From IMG/VR virus record IMGVR_UViG_3300032665_000006, positions 1 to 64,000 of that record: a stretch of DNA of 64,000 nt. The stretch is one strand, 5' to 3'. This DNA is from a virus. Shown piece by piece: positions 9,709-19,256 of this stretch. The notes under the pieces were generated by a model. The model was not told the DNA's origin, did no database searches, and was given only the letters and a program-made list of their open reading frames with translations. Both the position numbers and the translations under genes were made by a program. How positions within the stretch are numbered: position 1 is the first letter of the stretch; every line of letters starts with the position of its first letter.

Positions 9709-9927
9709 TTACATTGCTGGCTCAGGGGCCGGCGCATACTGCATTTGAATATATTTTAATTTATCTTTAAATTCTATTTCACGAAGCTCGTTCATTTGGC
9801 GTAACTTGCGAATTTGTTTTAAAGTAAGACGAGTTTTACGCAACTGACCCATTTGAGGTTGGGTGTTGTCATTGGATAAATCCTGATATGGCTCAGGACT
9901 TTTCTCGTAAATTTCATTTAAAATCAT
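9709..9927 (-). CDS. Small head-module protein
   Basis: 72-aa ORF starting MILNE (LxE motif typical of gp21-processed head proteins); CTAAATA ends 7 nt before ATG. Confidence 0.75.
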   Translation of the reverse strand: MILNEIYEKSPEPYQDLSNDNTQPQMGQLRKTRLTLKQIRKLRQMNELREIEFKDKLKYIQMQYAPAPEPAM

Positions 9928-9956
9928 AGTATAGTATTTAGCTGACTTGGTTAGGA

Positions 9957-11774
9957 TTAAGCGCCAGCGCCACCAGCGGCTGGGCTACCTGCCGACCCGC
10001 CAGGAACTGTTGTAGGCATTGGGCCAGCACCTGCTCCGCCATCAGCTTCTGCGGTTCCTAATCCAGAATCTGCTATTTCTTGGCCAGTTTCAATATCAGC
10101 ATCCATGCCAGCTGGAGTTACACCAACAGAGCGTAAATCTTGACCTGATGTATTATTAAGAGATGCTAAATCGCGTTCTTCTTTCCACAATGTTTCATTT
10201 TCAAGTACTTCTTCATCAGTTAACCCTAAGTAGCGTTTAAGTAAAAAGCGTTTACTCATATATGGTAATGGCTCAATAGCTGTAAAGGTTGCTACACGAG
10301 CTGTGTCTAATTCTGATTGACGATAGCTAGCAAAATTTTGTGGTTCTGTTAAACGAATATTAAAGATTCCACTGTCAATACTAAAGCCTCTCCAGCGTAA
10401 AAATAGCTTAAATTCGTCATCTAACTTCTGCATAATCAGCTTTTGTAAGCGTTCACAGTACTTGTTAAAGCGGAATTCTTGGATTAATGCTGTGCCTACT
10501 TTACCATCATTCATTGCGGCTCCAGAATCGTCTGGTCCTGTTGGCAAATAGCTACTTGGCACACGCAATCCGCGGGCCATTTTGTTATTAAAATATTTTA
10601 AATCGTCAATTTCGCCAAGGTTTTGACCGCCTGGAAGCACTTCAACAGAGCTACCACGGCCTTCACTTGTTTGTGGGAAGAAGTAATCTTCGTTAACACT
10701 TAATGGATTATAGGATGCGTCCATCATGTTAGCGCCGCCGCCCGTTACAGTAGGAATTCTGCGCTGATGCATCTCATTTTTAACACGCTCAACAAAGGCC
10801 ATAGCCATATGACTTGGCATATTACCTACATCGATTTTAAATAAACGTCGTTCTGGAGCTCTTTGTACACGATAAATGAGTACAGAATCTTCTAATAATT
10901 CTTTTTGTTTGTAAACTTTATAAATGTTTTCTAAAATACTTTGTCCGAATGGCCAAAAGTAATCTAAACCTTCATTTAAACTTAAATGTACAACGTGTTT
11001 GGCGTCGATACATGATTCATTCATAGCTTGAGTAAAGCGCCCAGTGCCGCCACCGCCACCACCGCCACCTCCGTTTGGAGCGTTATAGTTATTACCAGTA
11101 GTAACAGATCCAGTTGAACGGCTCACATAATAGTCTGACGTTGTTTTAGACGCCATAGACATATTTTGAAAATTAGGATTAATGTCACGAATAATATATT
11201 GTTCAGGGCGTTTGCCTTCTGACTCGTTAACAATAATACGAGCTACTTTAATCATATCAATCCAGTACATTTCAAATGTTTCTGGATCGCGAACAAATAC
11301 TTGATCGCCATACTTAATAGTATTACGGAATAATTTAAAAATACGCTGATCTAATTTATTAAGTTTAGTCCATTGTATTAATTGTTTTTTAATAATTTCA
11401 ATTTCATGATCAGTTGGCTGATCTGTAAAATCAATATCAAAAGGTGTACTGTTATCTAAGTTTGCTTGTGTACTAAATTCAGCAATAATATCTAAGCAAG
11501 CGTTTACTTCAGAATCACAGTCCATATTTTCATATTGATTGTAACGCTCTAAACGATTAGGATGTCCTGAATAAACTTCAGGAAGACGGCTTGCGTAATT
11601 ACGAAACGCAAATTCATTTCTTGTGCCACTTTCAAAATCAGAACCAGGACGATTGTATCCAGGAAGCCCAAAATTGTTTTTACCAGAAATTGGACTTAAT
11701 TGCCCTAGTTGGTTTGTGTCTGCGATTTTGAAATACTTACGCCAGCCCTGGCGGCTATTACCGTTAGTTGCCAT
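9957..11774 (-). CDS. gp20: Portal vertex protein, T4 gp20 family
   Basis: LLEDSVLIYRVQRAPERRLFKIDVGNMP, EDYFFPQ, VLPGGQNLGEIDDLKYF, LRVPSSYL. Confidence 0.97.
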   Translation of the reverse strand: MATNGNSRQGWRKYFKIADTNQLGQLSPISGKNNFGLPGYNRPGSDFESGTRNEFAFRNYASRLPEVYSGHPNRLERYNQYENMDCDSEVNACLDIIAEFSTQANLDNSTPFDIDFTDQPTDHEIEIIKKQLIQWTKLNKLDQRIFKLFRNTIKYGDQVFVRDPETFEMYWIDMIKVARIIVNESEGKRPEQYIIRDINPNFQNMSMASKTTSDYYVSRSTGSVTTGNNYNAPNGGGGGGGGGTGRFTQAMNESCIDAKHVVHLSLNEGLDYFWPFGQSILENIYKVYKQKELLEDSVLIYRVQRAPERRLFKIDVGNMPSHMAMAFVERVKNEMHQRRIPTVTGGGANMMDASYNPLSVNEDYFFPQTSEGRGSSVEVLPGGQNLGEIDDLKYFNNKMARGLRVPSSYLPTGPDDSGAAMNDGKVGTALIQEFRFNKYCERLQKLIMQKLDDEFKLFLRWRGFSIDSGIFNIRLTEPQNFASYRQSELDTARVATFTAIEPLPYMSKRFLLKRYLGLTDEEVLENETLWKEERDLASLNNTSGQDLRSVGVTPAGMDADIETGQEIADSGLGTAEADGGAGAGPMPTTVPGGSAGSPAAGGAGA

Positions 11775-12498
11775 TATTTGTTACCTTTAGTTTAGAAGCT
11801 CTACGAGCTTCTATTGTTTTTCTATACGATGCTTGTCTTTTAGCAATAGTTTCAGAACTTAGTTTTTTACCATACATACCATTATTTTTTCCGCTTGCAG
11901 CTTTTTTCTTTTTCTCTCGTCTATCAGTAGCAAGCGTTGGATCTTGTTCTTCTGCTTTGCGTCGTTTTTCTATGGTAGCATTGAATGAGGCTGTTCTTTT
12001 TTCTATTGTTTGTTTGCTTAACTTGCTACCAGTCAAGGATGTTGCTATTTTATCTCGAGTTTTTTGAAGCACAACGTGCCCTGTAAGAGTTTTGGCAATT
12101 TTATCTGCTACTTCTTTACTTGTAGTGCCTTTATAATTTTTGCGTTGTTCTTCGGTGCGAATCTTGCCTCTATTTTTATTGCTTATTGCTTGTTTAGCTT
12201 CTTCGCTATGCTTCCAACCAGCAAAACAAGCCCACTGATTAATTTTAACATTATCTAAAATACCGCCGTCAATTTTGCGGCCGTGCTTTGTAATTAATTC
12301 TTTTTCAAATTCTTTAGCTTCTTCGTTTGTTAAATTATCTTTAATAATAACTCTACGGTCTAACGGTGGTAACACTATTTTATGTTTGCTGTTAATACGG
12401 TTGTTTTTACCTTTACCAATATAATAAGGAACGTTATCCTTAGTCAAATATTGGTAGACATAGTAGTTACGCCCGTTTTTGCCGTCATTAATTGCCAT
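11764..12498 (-). CDS. GIY-YIG homing endonuclease with NUMOD3-like repeats
   Basis: YYVYQY...PYYIGKGKNNR, E and N catalytic positions, KHSEEAKQAIS and GKNNGMYGKKLS repeats; overlaps the portal start. Confidence 0.9.
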   Translation of the reverse strand: MAINDGKNGRNYYVYQYLTKDNVPYYIGKGKNNRINSKHKIVLPPLDRRVIIKDNLTNEEAKEFEKELITKHGRKIDGGILDNVKINQWACFAGWKHSEEAKQAISNKNRGKIRTEEQRKNYKGTTSKEVADKIAKTLTGHVVLQKTRDKIATSLTGSKLSKQTIEKRTASFNATIEKRRKAEEQDPTLATDRREKKKKAASGKNNGMYGKKLSSETIAKRQASYRKTIEARRASKLKVTNNGN

Positions 12499-12516
12499 AG
12501 TTTTATATTTAGTTGT

Positions 12517-14925
12517 TTAGCTTTGTCGCTGTAATATCTTACGTGATGTATCACTATGCTTTTGCATGCCGTTTATAAGCTGTTCTAATTTGGCTATCTT
12601 CATAGTTGTGAGCTTATTAATTTCAAAAGAATTATCGTCTGCTCCTATATTTTGTATCGGTATCGTTCTGCCGTCTGGTAATGGAACTACCGCTTCGTTA
12701 CCATGTAACATAGCAGCATAACCGCCTTTAGGACCGCTTAAAATACCGCCATTTGCGGCTGATTGCATTTTGCCACCGCCGGATCCAGCTTGAGCCATTA
12801 GCGATGCTACTTCTTTGCCGCGATTACCTACTTGTTGAAACCATTTGCTATCTCTTAATCCTGCGGCCGCTCCGGCAAAGTCGCCGGCGGCAAGAGCCTT
12901 AGCTGTATTTGGAAATTTATTCCACCACTGGCCCATATTAAATGCCAAATCAATCATGGCACCTTTACCAGCTTCATTAGCTTTATCCCATCCTGGAGTT
13001 CTTTGTGCTATCGAATAATGTTTAGCAAAGTCTTGCTCAAACATATCCATAACTTCTTTTTGGCTAAATTCGCGATTCATATCAGACGGTAAAGATTTAC
13101 CATTGCCAATTAAGTGGCCTACCCCTACAGTCCATAGTCCCAGTGAATCTTGATATGGTCTAGTTTTTAAGCCTTCATGCTTAATAATCATTTGCTTAAC
13201 GGCATCCATACCTGCTACTAGTGTGCCGCCGGCGGCACTAACTACACCGCCTGCTGCCGAAGCTCCAGCACCTGCGGCTCCAGATATTATATCTTTAGCT
13301 TTTTCAATTATCGAAGGAGCTGTTGACGCTCCGGGTGTTGCGGCACCTGCCGGACTGGGAGCTGATACAGGAGCTGAAGGAGCTGTCGAAGGAGCTGCTG
13401 CTGGCAAAGAAGGACCCGAAGGAGCAGCTTCTACCGTAACAGAACTAGCCGGGGCGCCGCCACCTACAGCTTTTTGTAATAATGTACTACCTCCGCCTAC
13501 TTGTCCTTCTTTGCCAGCTACTTGACCAGCAGTACCTACGATTTGTTGTGCTACAGAAGTAAGAGCTTTGAATACGGCAGTAACTGGTTTTACACCTAGA
13601 TTTGTTAATTTGTCTAACGACTGTGTGGTATCTCTTTGATTTTGTCTTAGCTTAACTTGACTTCCTGTTTGGCTATCAACAGCATCTATTTGATCTTGTT
13701 GTTGTGCTGTTATAGTTTCTTGCGACTTGGTAGCATCTTTAATTGTGCCAGAAGCCATTTTAGCATATTCATGCATGTCGCCATAAGTTTTACTAAAATT
13801 ACCAACAGTACCTAACATCGATTGTTCGCCAGCTGTATCTTTGGCTCCTTCAACCATTTGTTTTTGTATTACACCAGCGTCTTTAACACCTTTGGTTATC
13901 GATTCAGCGGCTTTTGGCAATCCGCGTTGGAATCTTTGATAGCCTGGACTGTTTACTGCTCCTGCTAAAAATTGCGAAGCATCGTCGGCCATATGTTGGC
14001 CACCTTTAGCAAAAGCGAATTCAATAATTTCTTTGTTGCGTTTTATTTCGGCTTTAGCTGATTCATCTCCAGCATCTGCTCGTTGTTGTAATTCTTGCGT
14101 TTTAGCATTAAACTGTTGTTGCGCTAATGCGTGTTCGTAGACTTTATTTTGTTGTTCAGCATTTAATCCTGTTAACTTTGTTAACCGATCTTGCTCCATT
14201 ATAAAATCTCTGGCGCTTTCTTTTAATTCGTCATTAGTTTGAGTTTTTGTTGACCCACTTAACTGCTGAAGTTTTATATAATTAGCAATGCCGCTGTTAA
14301 TGTCATTAACAGTCATGCCCATATTCATAAAATTAGTTTCTAAATCTGAATTTTTTATTGATGCTGCTACATCAGAAAACTGTTTTGCTCCTTGTGCCGC
14401 TGTACCGCCAAATGTTGCTAGTGTAGTGGCATTTTCCTTCATTAACGAACCGTACTCTTTAATTTCAGCTACGGTATATCCTGCTGATTCAAGATTTTTA
14501 AAAGTATCGCTCATTCCGGTTACTAAACCAGAACGACTTATGCTTTGATAATTTTGAAATAATGCGTCAGCTTGTTTGTTGATTATTGTAATAGCTTTTG
14601 CGGCCGCATTAGCTGCTTTTTTAAGAGCATCTCCTACAATAGGTACTTGCTGAGCAAAGTTACCTAACGCTTGTCCGCCTGCTTCTACTGTGTCGTTATA
14701 AACACTTAATCCAGATTCGCCTTTGATTAAAGCCGAACCCATTTTTAACGCTGATCCTTTTAGTTGATCTAAACTATTTTTTAAATTATCTGTATAATTT
14801 TTAATGCCAGTAGAGGCATCTTTCATAGCCTTAGTTAAATCGGCGTCAATAGGAATACCGTCGGCAAGTTTTTGATTATACTCGTCAATAATTGCTTGTG
14901 CTGCGGCCGGATCAAATTTTGCCAT
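12517..14925 (-). CDS. Tape-measure-like protein with C-terminal T4-type (GH24-like) lysozyme
   Basis: Helical Ala/Gln-rich body, P/A/S linker, IKHEGLKTRPYQDSLGLWTVGVGH (E-D-T triad), DSKWFQQVGNRG, LHGNEAVVP tail. Confidence 0.85.
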   Translation of the reverse strand: MAKFDPAAAQAIIDEYNQKLADGIPIDADLTKAMKDASTGIKNYTDNLKNSLDQLKGSALKMGSALIKGESGLSVYNDTVEAGGQALGNFAQQVPIVGDALKKAANAAAKAITIINKQADALFQNYQSISRSGLVTGMSDTFKNLESAGYTVAEIKEYGSLMKENATTLATFGGTAAQGAKQFSDVAASIKNSDLETNFMNMGMTVNDINSGIANYIKLQQLSGSTKTQTNDELKESARDFIMEQDRLTKLTGLNAEQQNKVYEHALAQQQFNAKTQELQQRADAGDESAKAEIKRNKEIIEFAFAKGGQHMADDASQFLAGAVNSPGYQRFQRGLPKAAESITKGVKDAGVIQKQMVEGAKDTAGEQSMLGTVGNFSKTYGDMHEYAKMASGTIKDATKSQETITAQQQDQIDAVDSQTGSQVKLRQNQRDTTQSLDKLTNLGVKPVTAVFKALTSVAQQIVGTAGQVAGKEGQVGGGSTLLQKAVGGGAPASSVTVEAAPSGPSLPAAAPSTAPSAPVSAPSPAGAATPGASTAPSIIEKAKDIISGAAGAGASAAGGVVSAAGGTLVAGMDAVKQMIIKHEGLKTRPYQDSLGLWTVGVGHLIGNGKSLPSDMNREFSQKEVMDMFEQDFAKHYSIAQRTPGWDKANEAGKGAMIDLAFNMGQWWNKFPNTAKALAAGDFAGAAAGLRDSKWFQQVGNRGKEVASLMAQAGSGGGKMQSAANGGILSGPKGGYAAMLHGNEAVVPLPDGRTIPIQNIGADDNSFEINKLTTMKIAKLEQLINGMQKHSDTSRKILQRQS

Positions 14926-14934
14926 TTTTTATGT

Positions 14935-17088
14935 TTAACTTTGTTTTGCTAATATTTTGTTAGTAATATCATTTTGTTTGCTCATTACTCTAAGCATTGA
15001 GTCCAATTTTTCTAATTCCATAGAAAGTAGCGCAACTTGATCTTTTGATCCAGCTCCTCCGCCGCCACCTTTACTTTGTACTGGTATTGTTTTGCCGTCT
15101 GGTAGTGGAACCACCGCTTCATTACCGTGTAGCATTGCTTGATATCCACTCTTTGGCCCGCTTAAAATTCCACCAGTTGCCGCAGACGGCATTTGTATAT
15201 GTGGAGGATCTCCCGGTAATGGACTAAATCCATATTGTCCTAATAAGCCTGAAGATTGTAAATCAGCTACTTGACTTGAATTAATATCCAATGCTTTGCC
15301 AACATTGTGTAAACTTTTGCCAGGCGCAGCTTTTGGGTTGCCACCTGAATTTACATTAGCTTGTTCATCCATGGATCTAAAAGCAGAATTAACTTGTAAT
15401 TTTTTACCAGTTGAACTAAAGTATGCGCTGGCCATTTGTACAAAATTGTTTAGTACCGTTGGATTCAATTGTTGGAAATGTGTTTTGTCGCCAGTACCGC
15501 CTGAGAAATTTATAAGGCTATCCAGTGTTGCGCCGCTAGTTGAAGGAGGTGTAATAGGTGTAACTTTTGGCGGTGCTGGTGCTCCTGGAGCTGCTCCTGC
15601 GGCCGGCGCAGCTTCTCCGCCTATTCCAATTTTTTGTAATAATGTACTACCGCCACCCACTTGACCTTCTTTGCCAGCTAATTGCCCAAGTACGCTGGTT
15701 AATTGTTGGGTTACACCTGCTAATCCCGATAACCCTCTTGTAACTAATGGCACACCAACGTTAACAATTTTGTCAGTAGATTGTGTTATGTCTCTTTGAT
15801 CTCTTACTGTATCAACCATAGAACCAGTAGCAGAATCAGTTGCTGCTATTTGTTCTTTTTGTTGATCAGTAGCTTCTTTATTAGCTACCGCATAATCTTT
15901 TGTTGACGCCGCTGCTAATTTTCCTACTTCTTGAATAGGTGTAAAAATTTCATTAAATTTTCCATAGATACCTAGTTTAGATTGATCTGCCGCCAATGTT
16001 TTAGCATCACTAACTAATAAATTTTGTGCTTTACCTACATCTAACCCGCCTTTATCTAAGTAATCAGCGGTTGTAGAAAAACTTCTTTGGAACGCTTGAT
16101 AACCTTTTGAGTTAACTGCTCCGGCAATATAAAGTTGAGCTTGTTTAGCAGCTTCCGGACCGCCTTTGGCCATAGCAAATTCAATTAATGCTTTGTTTCG
16201 TTTTAGTTCTGCTTTGGCTTGTTCATCCCCTGCGGCTGCTCTTTGCTGTAATTGATATGTTTTAGCCGCAAATTGTTCTTGTGCTAATGCGCCTTCATAA
16301 ATTTTATTTTGTTGATCAGCAGTTAACCCAGTTACTTTAGTTAATTTGTCTTGCTCTATAATAAACTCAGTGGCACTTTGTGCTATTTGTTTATCATTTT
16401 GTTGTTGCGTTGATCCGCTTAACTGTTGTTGTTTTATATAATTGGCCATACCACTGTTGATATCACCAACAGTCATACCCATACGCATAAACTGAGTTTC
16501 TATCTCAGAGTTTTTAATAATTTTTGATGCTTTAGCAAAATCAGCTGCTCCTTGGGCGGTAGTACCGCCTAGTGTAGCTAATGTTGTGGAATTTTCTTTC
16601 ATTAGCGAACCGTATTCGCCAATTTCTTTCATTGTATAACCAGCCGCTTGTAAATTCTTAAATGCGTTGTCCATACTAAGAGCAACACCAGAACGGCTCA
16701 TAACTTGATAATTTTCAAACAATGAATCTGATTGTTTAGCTGCAGCATTTTCATAAGCTGCTGCCGCTTCTGCTACTTTACCTAATGCGTTACCGACAAC
16801 AGGAAGTTTCTTAGCCCAATTACTAAAAGTTTTTGCGCCTTTATTGATTGTATCGCTATAAACAGCAGCACCTGATTCTCCGTTGACCATGGCCATGCCA
16901 AGAGATTTCAAACTGCCAACAAGTGCTTCTTGACTAGCTTTTAAGTTTTTTGAATAGTTTTTGATGCCCGTAGAAGCATCTTTCATGGCTTGATTCAATT
17001 CAGCCGAAATTGGAATACCGTCAGCTAAATGCTTATTGTAGGTATCAACAATATCTTGAATTTCTTTTGGGTCGTATTCTTCTGCCAT
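14935..17088 (-). CDS. Tape-measure-like protein with C-terminal M15-type (LAS) Zn peptidase
   Basis: Paralogue of the adjacent gene; VNSAFRS..EQ, PGKSLHNVGKALDI (H-x6-D), DPPHIQ; canonical TATAAATA upstream. Confidence 0.85.
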   Translation of the reverse strand: MAEEYDPKEIQDIVDTYNKHLADGIPISAELNQAMKDASTGIKNYSKNLKASQEALVGSLKSLGMAMVNGESGAAVYSDTINKGAKTFSNWAKKLPVVGNALGKVAEAAAAYENAAAKQSDSLFENYQVMSRSGVALSMDNAFKNLQAAGYTMKEIGEYGSLMKENSTTLATLGGTTAQGAADFAKASKIIKNSEIETQFMRMGMTVGDINSGMANYIKQQQLSGSTQQQNDKQIAQSATEFIIEQDKLTKVTGLTADQQNKIYEGALAQEQFAAKTYQLQQRAAAGDEQAKAELKRNKALIEFAMAKGGPEAAKQAQLYIAGAVNSKGYQAFQRSFSTTADYLDKGGLDVGKAQNLLVSDAKTLAADQSKLGIYGKFNEIFTPIQEVGKLAAASTKDYAVANKEATDQQKEQIAATDSATGSMVDTVRDQRDITQSTDKIVNVGVPLVTRGLSGLAGVTQQLTSVLGQLAGKEGQVGGGSTLLQKIGIGGEAAPAAGAAPGAPAPPKVTPITPPSTSGATLDSLINFSGGTGDKTHFQQLNPTVLNNFVQMASAYFSSTGKKLQVNSAFRSMDEQANVNSGGNPKAAPGKSLHNVGKALDINSSQVADLQSSGLLGQYGFSPLPGDPPHIQMPSAATGGILSGPKSGYQAMLHGNEAVVPLPDGKTIPVQSKGGGGGAGSKDQVALLSMELEKLDSMLRVMSKQNDITNKILAKQS

Positions 17089-17094
17089 AATTAA

Positions 17095-17102
17095 TATTTA
17101 TA
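17095..17102 (-). promoter_or_regulatory. Canonical T4 late promoter TATAAATA
   Basis: Exact match ending 6 nt before ATG 17088. Confidence 0.8.
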
Positions 17103-17115
17103 CAAGGAAAATCCC

Positions 17116-17955
17116 ATGATTTCAAACAATCCATTAAGTCAATATTTTAGACAACCAGCAATTTATATCAAATTGCCTAGCCAAGGCAAATACTATCCCC
17201 CAGGCGCATTAGATATGCCGCAAACAGGGGATTTACCAGTGTTGCCCATGACTGCCATTGACGAAATCACTTATCGTACACCAGATGCGTTATTCAGCGG
17301 CCAAGCCGTTATTAATGTTATACAAAGTTGTGTTCCCAATATCAAAGATGCTTGGTCTATCCCATCGATTGATATCGATACTATTTTAGTAGCTATTCGT
17401 ATCGCTAGTTACGGGCATGAAATGGAGTTTGCTACACAATGTCCAGCTTGTAATAATACCGACGATTATGGTGTTGATTTGCGTACGGTATTGGATCAAA
17501 TGAAAGCGCCAGATTATACAGCATCGATACATCAAGGCGATATTGAAATCTTCTTTAAGCCAATGACTTACAAAAACTTGTCAGATAACAATAAAATTCA
17601 ATTTGATGAACAGCGTATATTCCAAAGTATTCCTACAGATGGCACCGTAGATACACAACAAATTACAGCTATGTCACAAGCTCTTAAAAAGATGACTGAA
17701 ATGACAGTTGTAGCATTATCACAAAGTATTATGACAATTAAAACTCCAAGTGCTATGGTAACAGAACCCGAATATATCGCTGAGTTTATGGCAAACTGTG
17801 ACCGTGCGTTGTTTAATCGTATTCAAGATTATGTAATTGAACATAAAACACAAGCCGAAATGCAACCAGTCACTATTAAATGTAGTAAATGCGAAAATGT
17901 ATATAAACAAAATATTACATTGGACATGACAAGTTTTTTCGGGCGCGCCTCCTAA
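17116..17955 (+). CDS. Baseplate hub assembly protein/chaperone, gp26-like
   Basis: IKLPSQG, PMTAIDE, DIDTILVAIRIASYG, two CxxC pairs, ends SFFGRAS. Confidence 0.85.
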   Translation: MISNNPLSQYFRQPAIYIKLPSQGKYYPPGALDMPQTGDLPVLPMTAIDEITYRTPDALFSGQAVINVIQSCVPNIKDAWSIPSIDIDTILVAIRIASYGHEMEFATQCPACNNTDDYGVDLRTVLDQMKAPDYTASIHQGDIEIFFKPMTYKNLSDNNKIQFDEQRIFQSIPTDGTVDTQQITAMSQALKKMTEMTVVALSQSIMTIKTPSAMVTEPEYIAEFMANCDRALFNRIQDYVIEHKTQAEMQPVTIKCSKCENVYKQNITLDMTSFFGRAS

Positions 17956-17957
17956 CC

Positions 17958-18170
17958 TTGGATTCTGAGGGTGTCGCCAAATATGTTGACGGCATGGACG
18001 AAGAAATAAGCGGGATTAGATCTGAGGCGTTACGAATGGTTTGGTATATGCGTGGTGGGCTATCTTACGAAACAGCATTACAACTAAGTGTCGCTGAACG
18101 CAAAATCATTGGTCAATTAATACAAGATAATATGGAAACAACTAAGAAGTCAGGACTTCCTTTCTTTTAA
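17958..18170 (+). CDS. gp51-like small ORF; probably the -1 frameshift extension of the gp26-like gene
   Basis: WYMRGGLSYETALQLSVAER. TTG start without an RBS; frame is open back to the T-TTT-TTC slippery site at 17934-17940. Confidence 0.75.
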   Translation: MDSEGVAKYVDGMDEEISGIRSEALRMVWYMRGGLSYETALQLSVAERKIIGQLIQDNMETTKKSGLPFF

Positions 18171-18234
18171 GTCATTCGTTTCCTAAAAACTCTAAACGAT
18201 TTTTATTTTGATTTATATTAAGTCTTATTTAAAA

Positions 18235-18662
18235 GATTAGCTACGCTAATCCAAGATTCGCTTTGCAGCTCATCTTATTTTTTTATTTGCTTTTAGAAGC
18301 TCTTCATGTAGAATAGTTCAGTCGTAATTCACCGTAAGCACGGTGAAAAACAAAGACTACTTCATGTTAGACGTCCCTGTCGTTTATTAAAAGAGATTGT
18401 ATTTACATACACAGAGGCGGTTGACCGGTACCCCTTACCCTAGCTTCACATTATCAACGGAACCCTAGTAACCCGTAATAAATCCAAGTCCTATAAGCAT
18501 GGGTCGTATCTGTTTCAACGGAGCCCAAACCATTTGATGCCTTAAGTTAGCAACTTTCCTTTACACGCAAGATTCTAGACCGGGTATCTCACCGTTCCGC
18601 AATGCGAGTCGAGCTACCCCGACCAAACAATGTGTTTTATGATGCCTTACTAAGATGCCTGT
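18235..18662 (-). ncRNA. Candidate structured ncRNA and/or replication-origin element
   Basis: No ORF, many hairpins with G-U pairs and GNRA loops on the minus strand, short direct repeats, adjacent AT-rich tract. Confidence 0.55.
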
Positions 18663-18666
18663 ATTA

Positions 18667-18828
18667 CTATTTTTGTGTGTTTGCGATGTTAGCTGATTGT
18701 TCTTCAAATAAATCTGTGAAGTTTGTTTTAGATGCTCGTTCTTCTTGCTGTCTTTTTATCGCTGCCTGATGTTTCAGCCGTTGCTCTGCCCAATACTTTT
18801 CGTCTGCCGGTTCAAATTTGTGTGACAT
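18667..18828 (-). CDS. 53-aa hypothetical protein (MSHKFEPADEKYWAEQRLKHQ...), absent from ORF track
   Basis: ATG overlaps the TAA of the GIY-YIG gene (TAATG coupling); GGA upstream. Confidence 0.6.
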   Translation of the reverse strand: MSHKFEPADEKYWAEQRLKHQAAIKRQQEERASKTNFTDLFEEQSANIANTQK

Positions 18829-19256
18829 TAAATTTTTCCTTTTATATGACTACCATGTACACGCACTTGTATGTGCCCGTTATAGTAATCATCAGATTCT
18901 AATACTTTGCGACTAAATTGTTCACGAGCCTCTACATAACTACATTCAGCCTTGGACCTACAATAGTATAGTATTTCTCTCGTAAAACTGTTGATGCCTA
19001 ACTTTTCGATGTCTTCGTTTAATTCTATGTTGCTGCCGTAATATAGTTGCCAGTCGCTGTCTATTTTCGATTTAATTTTCTTGCGTTTTTTGTTGCCGTT
19101 CTTTTGTTTTACTGTTTTATATGTTGTTTTACTAAATTTTGCTAATTTTTTACCAATATACTTCCTACCAGTGAGATTATTTGTAATTAGATAAACAAAT
19201 CCAACACAATCTTCCGGTAACGCTTCAATAATTTTATTTTCGAAAAGCCAAGACAT
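18828..19256 (-). CDS. Stand-alone GIY-YIG domain nuclease (no NUMOD DNA-binding tail)
   Basis: GFVYLITNNLTGRKYIGKK, YYGS, FTREIL, YVEAREQ, YYNGHI. Confidence 0.88.
   Translation of the reverse strand: MSWLFENKIIEALPEDCVGFVYLITNNLTGRKYIGKKLAKFSKTTYKTVKQKNGNKKRKKIKSKIDSDWQLYYGSNIELNEDIEKLGINSFTREILYYCRSKAECSYVEAREQFSRKVLESDDYYNGHIQVRVHGSHIKGKI

Noticed and set aside
13223-15664. Plus-strand ORFs inside the tape-measure-like genes
   Set aside because: Antisense shadows of Ala/Gly/Pro linkers
18235-18662. Group I/II intron or tRNA
   Set aside because: No interrupted gene, and no recognisable domain V, group I core or cloverleaf by eye
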